Assembly: GCA_013115125.1 (NCBI GenBank)
Contig: JABANN010000086.1
Coordinates: 1 to 64,000 of the forward strand
Origin: Perkinsus olseni
Lineage: Eukaryota
DNA: 64,000 nucleotides
Direction: 5' to 3'
Every line of letters starts with the position of its first letter. Positions within the stretch are counted from its first letter, which is position 1. Positions 11,565 through 26,557 of the stretch are shown here, in pieces. Below the pieces are notes generated by a model. It was given only the letters and a program-made list of their open reading frames with translations, had not been told where the DNA came from and searched no databases. The position numbers were made by a program, and so were the translations under genes.

Positions 11565-13379
11565 ATGACCGATAAATCTTCGACAGTCACGTCAAGCTCT
11601 CACGGTTGTATCGAGCTCGACGTCCTGGGTGCCGGCAGGAGCGTTGGCCGGTCGTGTGTATTGGCGACCTTCACGCCCATTTCTTCGTCCAAGCCTCCGG
11701 TGCGCATCCTGCTCGACTGTGGGGCAAACGTATCCTGCGGTGACCCTATTCATCACGGAGATGAGGGCTCGGCCTCTGCCGCAGAGCCTGATGATGACTT
11801 CTCTAGCGCTGAGGACTCCACCGAGGCCTCTCCGAAGGACCTCCTTCGAGCTGTCGTTCGCCGGTCGCTGGCCAAACACCGGCACCGCGTCCCTATGCTG
11901 AGCCGTCTGTGCGCGCCAACTGGGAGCCGGACTGGGATGCTGCCGCTTGACGCAATACTCGTTACTCACTTCCACCTGGACCACACTGGTGCTCTACCCT
12001 ATCTAACCGAGGTCCTCATGAGTGGCGAGCCGAAGCAGCCGGAGATCGTCATGTCCCTGATGACCAAACTCACGGCACCGATGCTGTTGAGAGACTATGC
12101 GAAAGAACAGAGCCCGCCGCCGTACTTCCCTTGTCATGTAGAGTCTTGCTTTGAGAAGGCGCAAGTCATGGCGCCTGGCACCCGCCGACCTCTGGCTTGT
12201 GGCGCGACGGTGACGGCTTACCCGGCAGGGCATGTAGTGGGGGCCCTCATGTACATGATAGAGTACGAAGGACTGACGCTCTTCTACACTGGTGATTTCA
12301 GCACGCAGGCTGAGTTCACGATGCCGGCAGCCAACCTGATGACAAGGCGGCTCCCTCTTACAGGGAAGACCATCGACGTGGTTGTCTCAGAGGCTACCTT
12401 CGGAAGTTCGGTCTACATGAACAGTCGTTCCAAAGAGGCTCGGCTGTGTAACATCGTGTGTGGTCGAGAGCGGCTGAGAGACTACATGGGCATGCGGGAC
12501 GTGCCGCCTTTGGTCACCATTATGCCAGTGTTTGCAACGAGTAGGGTCTCAGAGATGGCCCAGATGCTTTTGACTTACTATAAACGAGAGGTGCTCAATA
12601 AAGACTTGCTTGAATCGCTATCTAATCGAGCTGGAGCGACGAGTAAGATCTTCAACCTCCCTGACGACCTCAACCAGAAGAACAAACGGCTAGCGCATGA
12701 TAGTGGCCTCCCTTCGGTACCAGCCATCCGCTTCTACACGCTCAGTCCGGTCACTTACATGTGCAATGAATACTATCGGCGTCTCAGTCTGGGCCTTGCC
12801 GAGGGTGACACGGGGCCTATGGGGGCCGTGGCTGCAGCCAGCACGACAGCGCGAGTGGAGCTGATCGATGAGAACTACGCCTTTCCGCCCAACTGCATTA
12901 GCGTCGTATTTTGTGGCGCAGCGATGATGGAGAGTGGTGCAAGTTTGTCTTTTTTCAATCGGGAGAGCGGAAATCCTCACGCTCAATTTGTGTTGACCGG
13001 ATACTGTCGCAAAGGCACCGTCGGGAATGAGTTGATCATGATCGCCTCGCAGGCAGAGAAGCGGCGGAAGAACGAAGCCAGCAAGCCCCCTAAGAAGCGG
13101 CCGAAGTGGTCCCCGGTGGTCAACTTCGGTGATGGTCGCAAGGTGCACATCCAGTGCAAGCCCTACTACATACCGATGACCTATCACACTGACTCCTACG
13201 GTGCCTGCCAGATGATTGCTGGTCTGAGACCAGCGAGGAGGGTGGTCCTGCTGCACTCTGAGTACAAGAGGATGAAGGCACTGCAAGAGCTTCTGGAGTT
13301 CAGATTAGACGTTCGAGTGGAGTGCCCGGAGAATGGGCAACGTATTGTCGTTGACTGTAACAGCCCCGCTCCAGATTAG
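11565..13379 (+). CDS. beta-CASP metallo-beta-lactamase ribonuclease, CPSF3/INTS11 (CPSF73-like); intronless
   Basis: LGAGRSVGRSC, LLDCG, THFHLDHTGALPY, AGHVVGA, YTGDFS, SEATFG, MPVFA, GYCRKGTVG, YHTD, LLHSE in one open frame of about 604 aa. Confidence 0.9.
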   Translation: MTDKSSTVTSSSHGCIELDVLGAGRSVGRSCVLATFTPISSSKPPVRILLDCGANVSCGDPIHHGDEGSASAAEPDDDFSSAEDSTEASPKDLLRAVVRRSLAKHRHRVPMLSRLCAPTGSRTGMLPLDAILVTHFHLDHTGALPYLTEVLMSGEPKQPEIVMSLMTKLTAPMLLRDYAKEQSPPPYFPCHVESCFEKAQVMAPGTRRPLACGATVTAYPAGHVVGALMYMIEYEGLTLFYTGDFSTQAEFTMPAANLMTRRLPLTGKTIDVVVSEATFGSSVYMNSRSKEARLCNIVCGRERLRDYMGMRDVPPLVTIMPVFATSRVSEMAQMLLTYYKREVLNKDLLESLSNRAGATSKIFNLPDDLNQKNKRLAHDSGLPSVPAIRFYTLSPVTYMCNEYYRRLSLGLAEGDTGPMGAVAAASTTARVELIDENYAFPPNCISVVFCGAAMMESGASLSFFNRESGNPHAQFVLTGYCRKGTVGNELIMIASQAEKRRKNEASKPPKKRPKWSPVVNFGDGRKVHIQCKPYYIPMTYHTDSYGACQMIAGLRPARRVVLLHSEYKRMKALQELLEFRLDVRVECPENGQRIVVDCNSPAPD

Positions 13380-13535
13380 AGTATGGTACACTTAGCGAGG
13401 TTGCTCAGTGTTGTGTTCCGACCCGCCCAGTAAGTTTGAACTACTCGCAGGACTTAGGCTCTTGTGGGACCTTCGCCTTCTCGTGGCTTGCTGGGTTGCA
13501 TGTATTTTTCCTTAGCTTTTCCTTTCCTCGTAGTG

Positions 13536-16111
<2,576 letters not shown>

Positions 16112-16722
16112 TACCATCTCTTCGACTTCTCTCACTAACCTTTTCTGTCACGAGTTTCAGAGAGTTTTTTCACCGTTTCCGCCTTTTACTGCTATCAATC
16201 CAACTATAGCTGCCACTACTACAGTAGACACCATCCATCATGTATAGCAGTTTCATGAAAATACTTCGATAGTGTTGTTCGAGTGTCAAGACCCAGGCTT
16301 CGGAAGGGCCATCGGATTCTTGAATCTCGGCGCAGGGTCAAGCGCGCTCGCCCTTAAATGTGCTCGGATAGCAGCGGTACTTGCGGGACGTATCCGTGAG
16401 CACTTGTAGGGTAGAGACTGAAACAACACTTGTTTGAGGGACTAGTCAGCAGCGCCACTTTAGCCACGACTTGTGGCCTACAGGTCGTGATCACCGTGGG
16501 CCTGAAGGATGAAGCTTTGTGGTGGCAGTCCCGCTACTATACTAGGCTTGCTTGTATGCATCCTCTACTGGATGCACCACACCTGATTGTGTTGTTGTAG
16601 TAATACGGTAAGTGGTGAGGGTCGCTGTATGGTGTTCAACAACACCAGGTGTTGTTATTGTCTGGCGAGGAGTAGTAGTAAGAGTAACGTACCACAGAGA
16701 CTCTGTTTGGCCTCTGGTAATC

Positions 16723-18578
16723 ATGCCAGCTCGGCCGCCAAGATTGTCTTACTTCTGCCATTCATGCGGGCACAGGGGTAGTGGCCTTATTATCGGCACT
16801 TTCGATAGGCCTCGGTTGAGTGGGTCTGGTGATGGCAGGTACCACCGCTGTATGCCGATCGTGTGGAAGAGAGGACAGCACTACGATTACCGATATACCG
16901 CCTATGATGGATTATGATGAGCAAGATGATGAGGCAGTTGATGTAGTTCACTCGATCTCTCGACTTCTATGGTGCTATCTCTGCGTCGATGAGGAGCGTT
17001 GTCTTAAGGCCTTCGTCAGCTCACCCCAAGGTAGCAGGCATTTGATGGTTGAGAGCGTTACGGTTATGCCTGCTCCGAGTAGTACCACTCCTTTTCCACC
17101 TCCAAGCTCGGATTTCCGTCCGGGACTAGGTACGCGTTGCCAAACAGCTCAGCCGGGGTCTCGTAATGGACGACAGGGAACGAGCGGTAGTAATCGCGGG
17201 GGCGCCCCAGGTCTCGGTATTTTCGGTAGACGATACTGCATCCTGTGACAGGTCGGTTTGTAGTGGCCCCGAATATCACAGAAGAGGAGTCGGCGCTTGA
17301 AACGTCTAACCCTTCCTCGGTGGGTTCGGGGGCGGCCGTCTGGCTGAGTCCACGGCTCCTGGTGCAGGTCTACGGTGGAAGGCGTGCAGAGAACTACGGC
17401 AGTCCAAAGGGAAGCAAAGCGGTGTGTCCGGCCATGTTGGAGTCGCTGGAGAGGGAGAGGGTAGTCGATGAACAGCATGAGCATGCGTATTTCCCGCCGC
17501 TCAGCTCGAGATATCGCCGGCCGATTTTGAAGTGCTCCGAGAGGACATGGCTCTGGGGGGCACTCGGTATTGCGCTATTTGTGCCGACGAGGATGATGAT
17601 CCAGATCCATTTACGGATCTGCCGTAGGGAGAGAGGGCATCGTCCTGGAACTGAAGTGCTTTTCTCACTGCTTCAGTTGCGGCCATGAGTTCCACCTGGA
17701 CTGCGTGAAGCTGTGGCTCAAAAACAACGCTTGCTGCCCACTTTGCCGCTTCGACCTGCCGCAGACGGACATTGATTACTACCGCATGGTAGCTGAGCGG
17801 GGGCCCACGATGACCTGTCTCGGCTTGATAGACTTGGTCATTGATGATCGGGGGTCGTTTGGTACGGTGAGAACCGAGTGTTTCGCTCTTCAGGTTGGCG
17901 ACGATTTGATGGTTCGTTTGTTGGAGCAACAACAACGTCATCACGAGATCAGGGAGGAGTCTAAGAGACGACAGCACGCTAGGAAGGTCCATCTGGCACT
18001 ACTACGTGGCAGGCCTTTGCATGTAACGCCCGTACCACGGGCGAGGTAGTGATGTGCTCAACTTTCAGGTCGGCGTCCGATGTGCACGCTGCGAGATGAC
18101 GCCTATCATAGGCTCTACACGCTACAGGTGAGCTGCGGGGAGCCTGTCAAAGTCTTTGATCGAAGAAGCTGTGCAATTTTCCCTCGCGGCATTCTTTATT
18201 TCACTTCGTTGTCTACCTTTCGAGGAAGTTGAGCTCGGTGAACATCATCTCGAGAAATTAATGCACAGGCGAAGGAATGCTCCGGTGAGAACTTCGTCGG
18301 TCCCCTCAGGTGCGACGTGTGCGGGCCAAGCTTCACCGTATGCCAGGAGTGTGAGTCGCGGTACTTCTGTGCCGAGACTCATCGCCATAAGTGTAGGCTG
18401 TCTTGCTATTGCTAGCCCGGACGTTGTCGTCGAGCAGGCTCGGTCATCACAGTGGACTCGAAGCAGCTGTTGAAGGACTGGCCTTCGGAGTCGCCAGGGA
18501 GCACAGGCCCGGGGGGTCTGGACAGCCCAACGCGGGAGAGGCTGGCTGAGTCCAGGGAGGGTGCTATCGAAGAGTAAT
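16723..18578 (+). CDS. RING-H2 E3 ubiquitin ligase (RNF126/RNF115-like N-terminal Zn ribbon) with C-terminal ZZ-type zinc finger; 3' end uncertain
   Basis: YFCHSC...CRSC N-terminus; CAIC...CGHEFHLDCVKLWLKNNACCPLCRFDLP RING-H2; GVRCARCEMTPIIGSTRYR|CDVC...VCQEC ZZ-like. Confidence 0.8.
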
Positions 18579-19715
18579 TCCTTCATGGGAGAGGACCACT
18601 GCGTAGGTGTTGCCGTCGCAGGTACCTTGGTTTCAGCGTGGGGTCGGAAGGCCGAGAGGAGAGCGGTGAGAATGGCCTTGATCGTCCCACCACACGATAG
18701 CTTGAGATTAGTAGTATTATTGATTGCCTCCCCTTGTGCTGTCCATGCTGTCTATAATGTTCCTCGTTGTTCCAGTGGGAAGGGTTGAGTTTGTAACACA
18801 GTTTTCACTAACAGAGAAAAGACAACATGCAAAATTGTTGCCATTATACCAAGGTGGCGTGAGGATGGCGGTCAAACTGTTGAAGTGCTGAGGTAGTATC
18901 CGCATGCTGCCTTGAGAACTGGCTCATGCTGCTGCGATCATGGAAATGCCATGGCAGTGCCTGCCATGTGGCATAGTGGCCTCATTTATTCGGCGTGCAT
19001 TTTCATCGTTACAGCCGTATAAGCGTAGCGGCATCGATCCGATAGAGGCATCGAACTTCGAACTTTCACAGGAGTCGGTAGGAGCGCTAGGGCCAGGCAG
19101 TAAGGGATACTTAAGTCATAACGATGTCCCGCCTTCATCCGCACTAATAGCTGTGACACCGGAGTCTCATGCTCCATTCAAATGGGCGTCAGTCCACCAA
19201 GTCGCTCGGAGGGTGGTGTGCAGCCTCAACGCGATTGTGTGGGTGTCAGAATGATATTAGCCGTACAGGGAGACAGGACACACAATGAGTGCTACCATAT
19301 TCTGTATAGCATACAGTACCACGATACGGTTGCACATACTGGGATTGACTACATGTTGATGAGTAGCACTGTGAGGGGTTCTAGGGCTATGCGCTACAAG
19401 CCATTGATGAGGCTTTGGCTCTTTCTGCTCGACACAGTGAGAGCTATCTGAATAGAGATAAGCTAGTACCCCTCTACTAGAATTAGACGTGTGGGACATG
19501 CTGGATAAATATGATGCTTGCGGTGTTGTGGAGTGGTGTGCTGTCTAGGAGGCTATTGACAGGTGGTATGATCAAGTATCGCACAGGCAACTACTTCCTG
19601 TGATCTCACCGCGCTAGAGCTTTTTATGGTAGTAGTTTTCGGTTGGTGGAGGTTCCAGGTTTCAGGAGAGCTACAGTATATTCACTGACAAGCAGTTTCA
19701 TTGTTTGATATAACT

Positions 19716-22336
19716 ATGTCTTCCAAGGAGGACGAAACACCCCTCGTCGGCTCTGCCGCTGCTGCCGTGGCCGTTCTGTGCAGCACTGAGGATGATAGAG
19801 ACTACATCATCCAAGAGCTCAACTCCGCCGAAGTCGGTCTGAAAGCCTGGACGAAATCGCCGCCAAAAGACAGCAAGAATGACGAGGAGGTAGGCTGTGG
19901 ATCGGGGACTTATGACTGCCCATTACTGTATGCAGGTCAAACCGGTAGTGTACGTATCTGCCGAATCCGAAGAAGCCCTCTTGCGATTAGCTGATGAAGC
20001 CCACATCTTATCAAGGGTACCTGGGAAGGACCTCCCACCGATATCAAGTGGGAAGGAGATGTGGTCCCTTCCCAAGGACGGAGGTGAGTCACTGGGCAGC
20101 CCCCGAGCAGTGGTGCATCCCTGTATAATGTCGCCTTGCCAGGTGCCTTGGTGCCGGTTCGAGAAGCCCCACGTCCGGTGCATCTGTCATGGCTAGAGAC
20201 TACTACTGCTGTCACCAATGCAATCTACTCAGTTTGCGGTTTCGACTTGGATGGTGGGTTACTTCTCTTCTCATCATCGTCTGTTAGCTTCCAAGTGTCA
20301 GATTCCGTTGAGGTGCAGAGTCTGTCCGAGCCCTTCACTGAGCATCGAGTCAGGACTCCGCTCCTGCCTGTGCGCGACTACTTCAACTTCATGAACATCA
20401 TCATCTACTGGCTCGTCCCACCGAGCCTCTTCGCGATTGAGCTGTGGGCCGTCGGAGAGACAGGAGCGAGCGTTGTGGACTCGCCTTATGTGCCTTGGTA
20501 AGACGTTGGTCATTATCTTCCGCAGTGAGAGCCTCTCCAGGTACGCCTTCTTCCTGTTAGTCTGGAGTGTGGTATTGCCATCTTGGCTGAAGTATGGTGG
20601 GTGGACAACTCGAGCTACGGACACCATAGATAGCTGCTTTAACAAGGGCCAGCGGGAAGCACAGCGAGCTAACCCTCACTATCATACATACTCCATCAGG
20701 AGGTCACCTGTCACTGGTGCTACAGAAAGGCAATCCTGTTAACTTTATCCTGTGTACCACTGGTCAACTGTCTTCATCAGATACTGTTCTGTCTGGCGTA
20801 GAGCTGTGGGCTTCGCAATCTCCGCCCTGGTCACAGCCTTCATGGTCCTTTGCGCCTTCTGTGCTGGTATGTGCTCTCTCAACCTCCAGGGATATATTCA
20901 TGGTCCCAACTCGACGCTAGCCGAAGGTCTCGAGGCCGATTTTGTGTAGGCACGCTGCCATTGGGATTTTCGGCAGTCTCTCGTCTCTCTCAGGTCGCCG
21001 TTTTACATTCCCCGGCTGGCTCGCCTTGCTGAGCCCGGTCATATCTTCGACCCGAACTCCGACAGCACCATCCCATGGAGCGTGCTGCCAGTCCTCTGCC
21101 ACACGATTGTTATCCAACTCATGAACCTAACGTAAGAACTTCCTCCCCATCTTCTGGAGCTCTGACGAATTGCTTATTCAGGTACCGAGACATTGCTGCC
21201 TGGTTAACTAAGCTCGAGAACTGGCCGTTGATGGTCCAGTACCAAAAATCCCTCGTCTTCAAGCGCTTCCTCTTCGAGGCTCTCGATTGCTACTCTGTGC
21301 TATTCTATGTTGGCATCTACGAGGTGAGTGCCCGTCAGTTCCCTTACTCTACGAGATCTGCGTAAACTTATGGTCTCTCAGTTGGATATCATGAAACTGC
21401 GTGGAGAGCTGGTTTCGCTGTACTACGTTGATACCTTCCGAAGATTCACAGTAGAGACTCTGGTGAGAGAGAGGGTTCTCTACAGTTGGTGAGTCATTCC
21501 GTTCATTCCCGCAGATACCATTCATCCACTCCTACCGTACCTTCGGAAGCGCCAAGATGCCCCCGGCCAAGGACGCCGACGAGCAGCTCCACCGGGCTGA
21601 GGAACTGGATGAGCATGAGATCTTCGACGACTACCTTGAGGTGCCTACGCTTGACAGCAATAACCGGTTGACAACCCACTCTGCGTCATTCCATCGCTTA
21701 TTCACAGGTGGTCATCACGTTTGGCTACGTCACGGTATTCGGAGCCACTTCCATGCCCCTTTGCTCTCTGGTCAGTCTAATCGCCATGGTCATTGAGAGG
21801 TACCTTGCTCATGGCTTCGCAGCGCATTCGAGTGCAGCTACTCTGTGTAGGTACTCTGATGAGTTGAAGCTCGGGTTGACTCGGCGCTGCGGATCCATGT
21901 ACCGGCCCTCGCACCCGTTGGATCCCAGCTTGCACCAATTGTGGTGTCAAATAATAGAATTCATGGGATGGGCAGCAGTCTTCACCAATTGCATCCTATT
22001 TGGCTTCGCCAGTGATCAGATGCCTGAAGTCTTCCCACAGTAGGGCGAGGGTCGCTGTCGACTGACTTGGGCCAACATCATTCCAACTTCAGGTTTTTCC
22101 ATGGAGACACTGTCTTGGCCGGGTACGGCCGTTTCGTTGTTGCCTCGGTATTCGGTTTGGAGCATCTGATACTGGCGCTGCAGCTGTTGTTGGTGTCCAC
22201 TATCCCCACAATGCCGAGCTGGGTTAAGCACGACCTCCAAAGGGAGGACCTCCGCTCGAAGGGTATGCTGCCTGAGCAGCGACATGTCGCCGAGGAAGTG
22301 GAGAACGAGGGTGATCAAAGTCCTCGAGATGAGTGA
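19716..22336 (+). CDS. Anoctamin (TMEM16, ANO8/10-like) Ca2+-activated channel/scramblase; multi-exon
   Basis: IAAWLTKLENW...KSLVFKRFLFEALDCYSVLFY, EIFDDYLE|VVITFGYVTVF, WCQIIEFMGWAAVFTNC, FGLEHLIL, IPTMPSWV. Confidence 0.9.
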
Positions 22337-22750
22337 TCGTCCGCTTGACGATTTAAAAACGAGTGATCATCTTTCATATTTTCACCGAATCTTTCAGCTT
22401 CCTTCGAGACAGGATTGCGTTCAGTAATTGGCAAGAAGCGAAGCTGCCGAGTCAGCAGTGCCGATGTCCGTGGTAACTCGGCGGTGGAGATCCTTTCTCC
22501 TCCGTCGTCCTCTGTTCGTCTTCTCAAAGTGCAGGATGAATTTGCCGGCATGCTCATCTTCTGACTGACCCTGACGTTCCGAAGCTGACTTATATATTGC
22601 AGATTGAGAACTTGGAATCCCTCGAGGATTCCTTTCTCAATCCGTCTTCATTCGCCTTCTGTCCAGGAGCAGCCATTTCGACGTTTTGACTGAAATGAAT
22701 GTGAGCGTCACTCTCAGCCTGATTGCGCTGTAAGAGCTCGCATGGGAGTT

Positions 22751-22875
22751 TCGAGCGGGAATTCCACAAACCCAGCGGCGAGCTAAACTGAAAAACCTAT
22801 CAAGTTTCTGCGTCTCGAGCGGGAATTCCAAAACCCAGCGGCGAGCTAAACTGAAAAACCGATCATGTTTCTGCG
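22751..22875. repeat. Two-copy ~64-bp tandem repeat
   Basis: TCGAGCGGGAATTCCA(C)AAACCCAGCGGCGAGCTAAACTGAAAAACC(T/G)ATCA(A/T)GTTTCTGCG at 22751 and 22815. Confidence 0.9.
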
Positions 22876-24060
22876 CGTTACAATGCCTCGTGGACATTCC
22901 CCGCAACTCTCGCCTCGCTACACGCCCTGCTTTGCTGCCATGTTCTCATCTGAACTATAATCAAGAGACCAATAAATGAGCAACTTCATTTTATAGGCGT
23001 GGAGTACCTGAGATCTGAGCATGAACCGAGCTATCCTGCCATTTCAGCTTCACCGCTGAAGCCTTCACCGGAGCGATGTTCATTTGCTTCTTTCCAGATT
23101 GGCAGGACAGACCCCAGAGTGGTTGCTGTGTTCCTGTATTTGAACTCGTACGCTCCTGACACTATCCGTCTATATGAGGAGTCTCGGTTCATCAAAGTCC
23201 GGTGTAAGTTCCATGACTCATGGACCATGAGGCGAGCGAAGGGCTCGATAGTGAGTTGCCACTGTCCCTCTTATCAGACCCCTCGTCCAAGCGCTCCCTC
23301 TACGCCCGTTATGATTTCACGTGATGGTGTTCTACTCCAGAGCGGATGCTCTACTGTGGACTTATCTATCTCCACTTGGCCCACTCTATCTCATTGTTAC
23401 TACCAATTCCGCTACTTACGTACGTACTTTAGTGGTTACAAGATTCAGTTTCATCGTGGACCTGGCAGTGGTCGGCTGGCGCGGCTCTTCCATCACCTAT
23501 GAATGATAAATGGCCAAGCTGCTATTTAATGAGTCAATGGATAGTATTCATAATATCACCGCACTCAGTAGAGACTTCATGACTCTGTTCAACACGACTT
23601 GCTAACGGAACGATTTCCCTCGCCCGCGGCATCAGACTTTTGGAGAGGCGAATCGCCTCAGGCGATATTTGATTATTTTTCACAATCTCAATAAGTTCCG
23701 TCATTTATCGGCACTAAGCTACCGCGCCACAACAACTACCCGTCCAGCCTCTCATATTGGGTTTCTAGGTGGTGGAGACGCCTGGGAGACGTGTCGGGAG
23801 AGGTTCCATGAGCCTTGGGAGTGGTTCACGGTTCACAGAACATGCTCGTTGTTCTCTTGAGCCTTTGATAACGTCTCCAACTCTTCTGATTCTGTGCAGA
23901 TGAGCAGGTGTTTTCAGCCACTTATGGGTCCGAATGAGTAGCCCCAACCTGAGTAGAAGAGGCCGAGTGGCGAACTGTCCTCGGAGTAGATCTCGATGAC
24001 CACAGAAACTCGTCTATAATTGCATTGAATGGTCTTAGGTTTGCCCTGCCCACTCATCGA

Positions 24061-24114
24061 TGCTAGTCTGACTAAGCCGGTTTTCGGCGTTGGACTTGAA
24101 ACTCACATACACGC
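24061..24114 (+). repeat. Short dispersed repeat (SINE-like), copy
   Basis: TGCTAGTCT(A/G)ACTAAGCCG..TCGGCGTTGGACTTGAAACTCACA(T/C)ACAC. Related copies at 54050 and 57376 (+) and at 36696 and 37416 (-). Confidence 0.7.
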
Positions 24115-24840
24115 AGTGAGTGATAATCGGCACGATGCGTGTGTATGAAAGACAGTTTGCAGCTTCTGTCGTATAATTTTTGTTGAGCTGCTCGTGAGCA
24201 GACCGTTGGAGCGTAAAGGTTCTACGGTAGACGAAGTCACTCTCGCGAGATTATCGAGCAGACCATGACGTAGAGCATGTCTCCCAGCTTTCCTTCATTC
24301 ACTGGTCTAGATGACACTTTCAAACGTTGCACAGTGGTTGTCAACATACTATTTTAATGTTGATGATCTATCAGTAGCAACATAAAGATCTGTTGTATTG
24401 GGCTGCAGCTCTTATTGGTGCACAGTCTCCCTACGAAACCGAGTTGGGTCGAGCGCGACCTCCGAAGGATGGCCCCTCGCAGCGAGCTCATCCTGCCAAG
24501 AGTTCATACTCTCAGTACCCCGACCGAGAATGCCCTATTCGTTCGTCTTCTCCTTTCTGCCTGTGTACCTTCTTCGTGAAAATAGAAGCAACACGGTTAG
24601 TGGGGAGGATGCGAAGAATAGTTCTATAAAGTTGTGCACTGCTACTTATGTTCGATACTAGGAGCTTCCAGACATGTTTCGAATGGAAGACTTGCCGTTC
24701 CGTGCCATCTTGCTTCTTCGCGCGCTAGCGCCTCTCCTAGCGGAAATATTCGCACAGCGGGAATATTATGAGCTGGGGGATAGCACTGGGTGCACTTGCT
24801 CTCATCTCCTCCAAATCACTCATCCTGTAGTTGAGTTTCT

Positions 24841-26247
24841 ATGGCCAGACGGGTTGTTCTCCTACGCCTTGTAACCGTTACTGCCTCGATAGCATCATCG
24901 TCGTACCGAGCAGCTATTCATTCGAGAACTGCAAGCGTCGATGTTCCTAGCAGGCTGAACATGACCTTCTACGACGTGAAGACCAGATCAGAGGTAGATG
25001 TTCCGCAGCGTCCATCATGGTCGAATGTGACTGCGAATCCCCTCTGCTTCGGCTCGCCCTGCTGTCCTGTCACCTTCTTTTCCAGACTGTAATCGGATAC
25101 CTTGAGCGGTCGGGAGATGAGCGACTTCGCGTTATCGACGTGGCACATGTGGAATATCCTGAGGGGTGATGAGCTTGCTTCATCGTATGCAGACAACTGT
25201 ATGATTAGGACCAAAAACTTCGTCGAGTTCGTCGCGTTGTTCGATGAAGAAGCGCTGGAAGAGTTCAGAGGTTTCAACATGGAAAGATTTTCGAAGAAGG
25301 AGCAATCGCCAGAAAGGCCTTTATCGTCGCTAAAGGGACACCTGATGCGCAGCTTTGGCTCGATGGTTCTGAAGGAGTACGGACGGAAACCTACGACCGA
25401 CAGCGAACGCTATGCTGGAGGACGCGTGTTAATCACAGCTGATAACGTGGTCGGATCATTGGAAGTCGGGAAATTTTGCCGATTGCTCGTCCACTTTTCA
25501 GACTATCAATTGCGCGCTCTACTTGAGCAGGCCAGGAGTCAATCAAGCTTTTCGGCTTTCCGCCGTAAGAGCAGAACTGGCCGCGAATAGTGACCGGCAT
25601 AGACGGTGAGTGAAACGATACACCGTTGTGAGACCGAGTGCGGAAAATTTTGCTCCGTTAAACAGAGAAAAATTCCCCATACTCGGGCGCGACGAGTTAG
25701 CCTCACCGATGCACGCATCGATCATATGATTAGAGGTGTTCAAATTCATCTCCAACAACAGCGGCGGCTCCTCGCCGATGAATATTTTCATTCTTATTTT
25801 GCGGCCGTGGGAATAACGTGATCGCTGCGAGGTGACCCTGCAGTTCAGAACTGCCGGTTCTCGTGAAAACTTGAAGTATTACTGGTATTCTTTTCGCACT
25901 GCCACTGATAGTCTATGCAAGCCGAAGTATCTTTTCTAAATTATACTTGACGTTCTGATAGGCTAGTCAAGCCCAAGCTCCGAGTGGACAGGCTGAACGA
26001 ATTGCTGTCCAACGCCGATGAAGTTTCGCCTCGAAGAGTCTACTGTTTCCGGAGGGAGTGCAGATTGAAGACGCGTGCTAGGCAATTAGAGGCATATAGC
26101 AACTACATCTCACCGCCTGGAAGAAAGATCGCTCCCGACACCTGGCCGCTCACATATAACTCATCAACACAATATGATATGTTTGGGCTTCATATCATCA
26201 ATATTTTCCATTGGTTGACGAATGGTACTATGAAATACAAGGATTGA
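24841..26247 (+). CDS. Lineage-specific multigene family, copy 1 (subtype A, 5 exons), hypothetical possibly secreted protein
   Basis: MARRVVLLRLVTVTASIASS...FYDVKTRSE|TVIGYLERSGDERLRVIDVAHVEYPEG|TKNFVEFVALFDEE...|TINCALYLSRPG...|LVKPKLRVDRL...ISPPG...DTWP...HWLTNG. Open after splicing, with intron positions shared with the paralogs. Confidence 0.7.
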
Positions 26248-26492
26248 AGCCTCGAGCACGTATCTCCTAGTCTTGTATGAACGACCATCTCATTTATGCT
26301 CCTCCAATCTTAAGCTTTCCATTCACATCCGCGAGTGTTTTCATGGGGAATGTTGGTGTGGGGATGCACATGTTGTTGCGTATGAAGTTGTGTATCAGCG
26401 CTCGACGCACGCCGCATATGGATGGATAAGGCACAGATAGATTCGAAGTCAGAGATTTCCCAGAGTGGCCCAAGCCGCTAGTGTTGTTAAAG

Positions 26493-26557
26493 CGCGACTG
26501 GGGGGAATTGAACCTGCGCGCAGCGCGATCACGCGACTTAGCTCAGCTAAAGTCGTG
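26493..26557 (-). other. tRNA-like remnant / tRNA-derived palindromic element
   Basis: The minus strand has A-box-like TTAGCTGAGCTAAG and B-box GGTTCAATTCC, with pairing ends CACGACT/AGTCGCG. There is no proper anticodon arm. Confidence 0.35.

Noticed and set aside
12690..13286. 198-aa antisense ORF and similar antisense ORFs over PTR2, questin oxidase and the protease
   Set aside because: Antisense shadows of well-supported genes, with no recognisable motifs.
16638..16656. Palindrome AACAACACC-A-GGTGTTGTT upstream of the RING gene
   Set aside because: Only 9-bp, low-complexity arms; plausible by chance.
22751..22875. Repeats here and at 63312-63356 as CRISPR-like arrays
   Set aside because: Head-to-tail tandem units without unique spacers, no cas genes, and a eukaryotic context.
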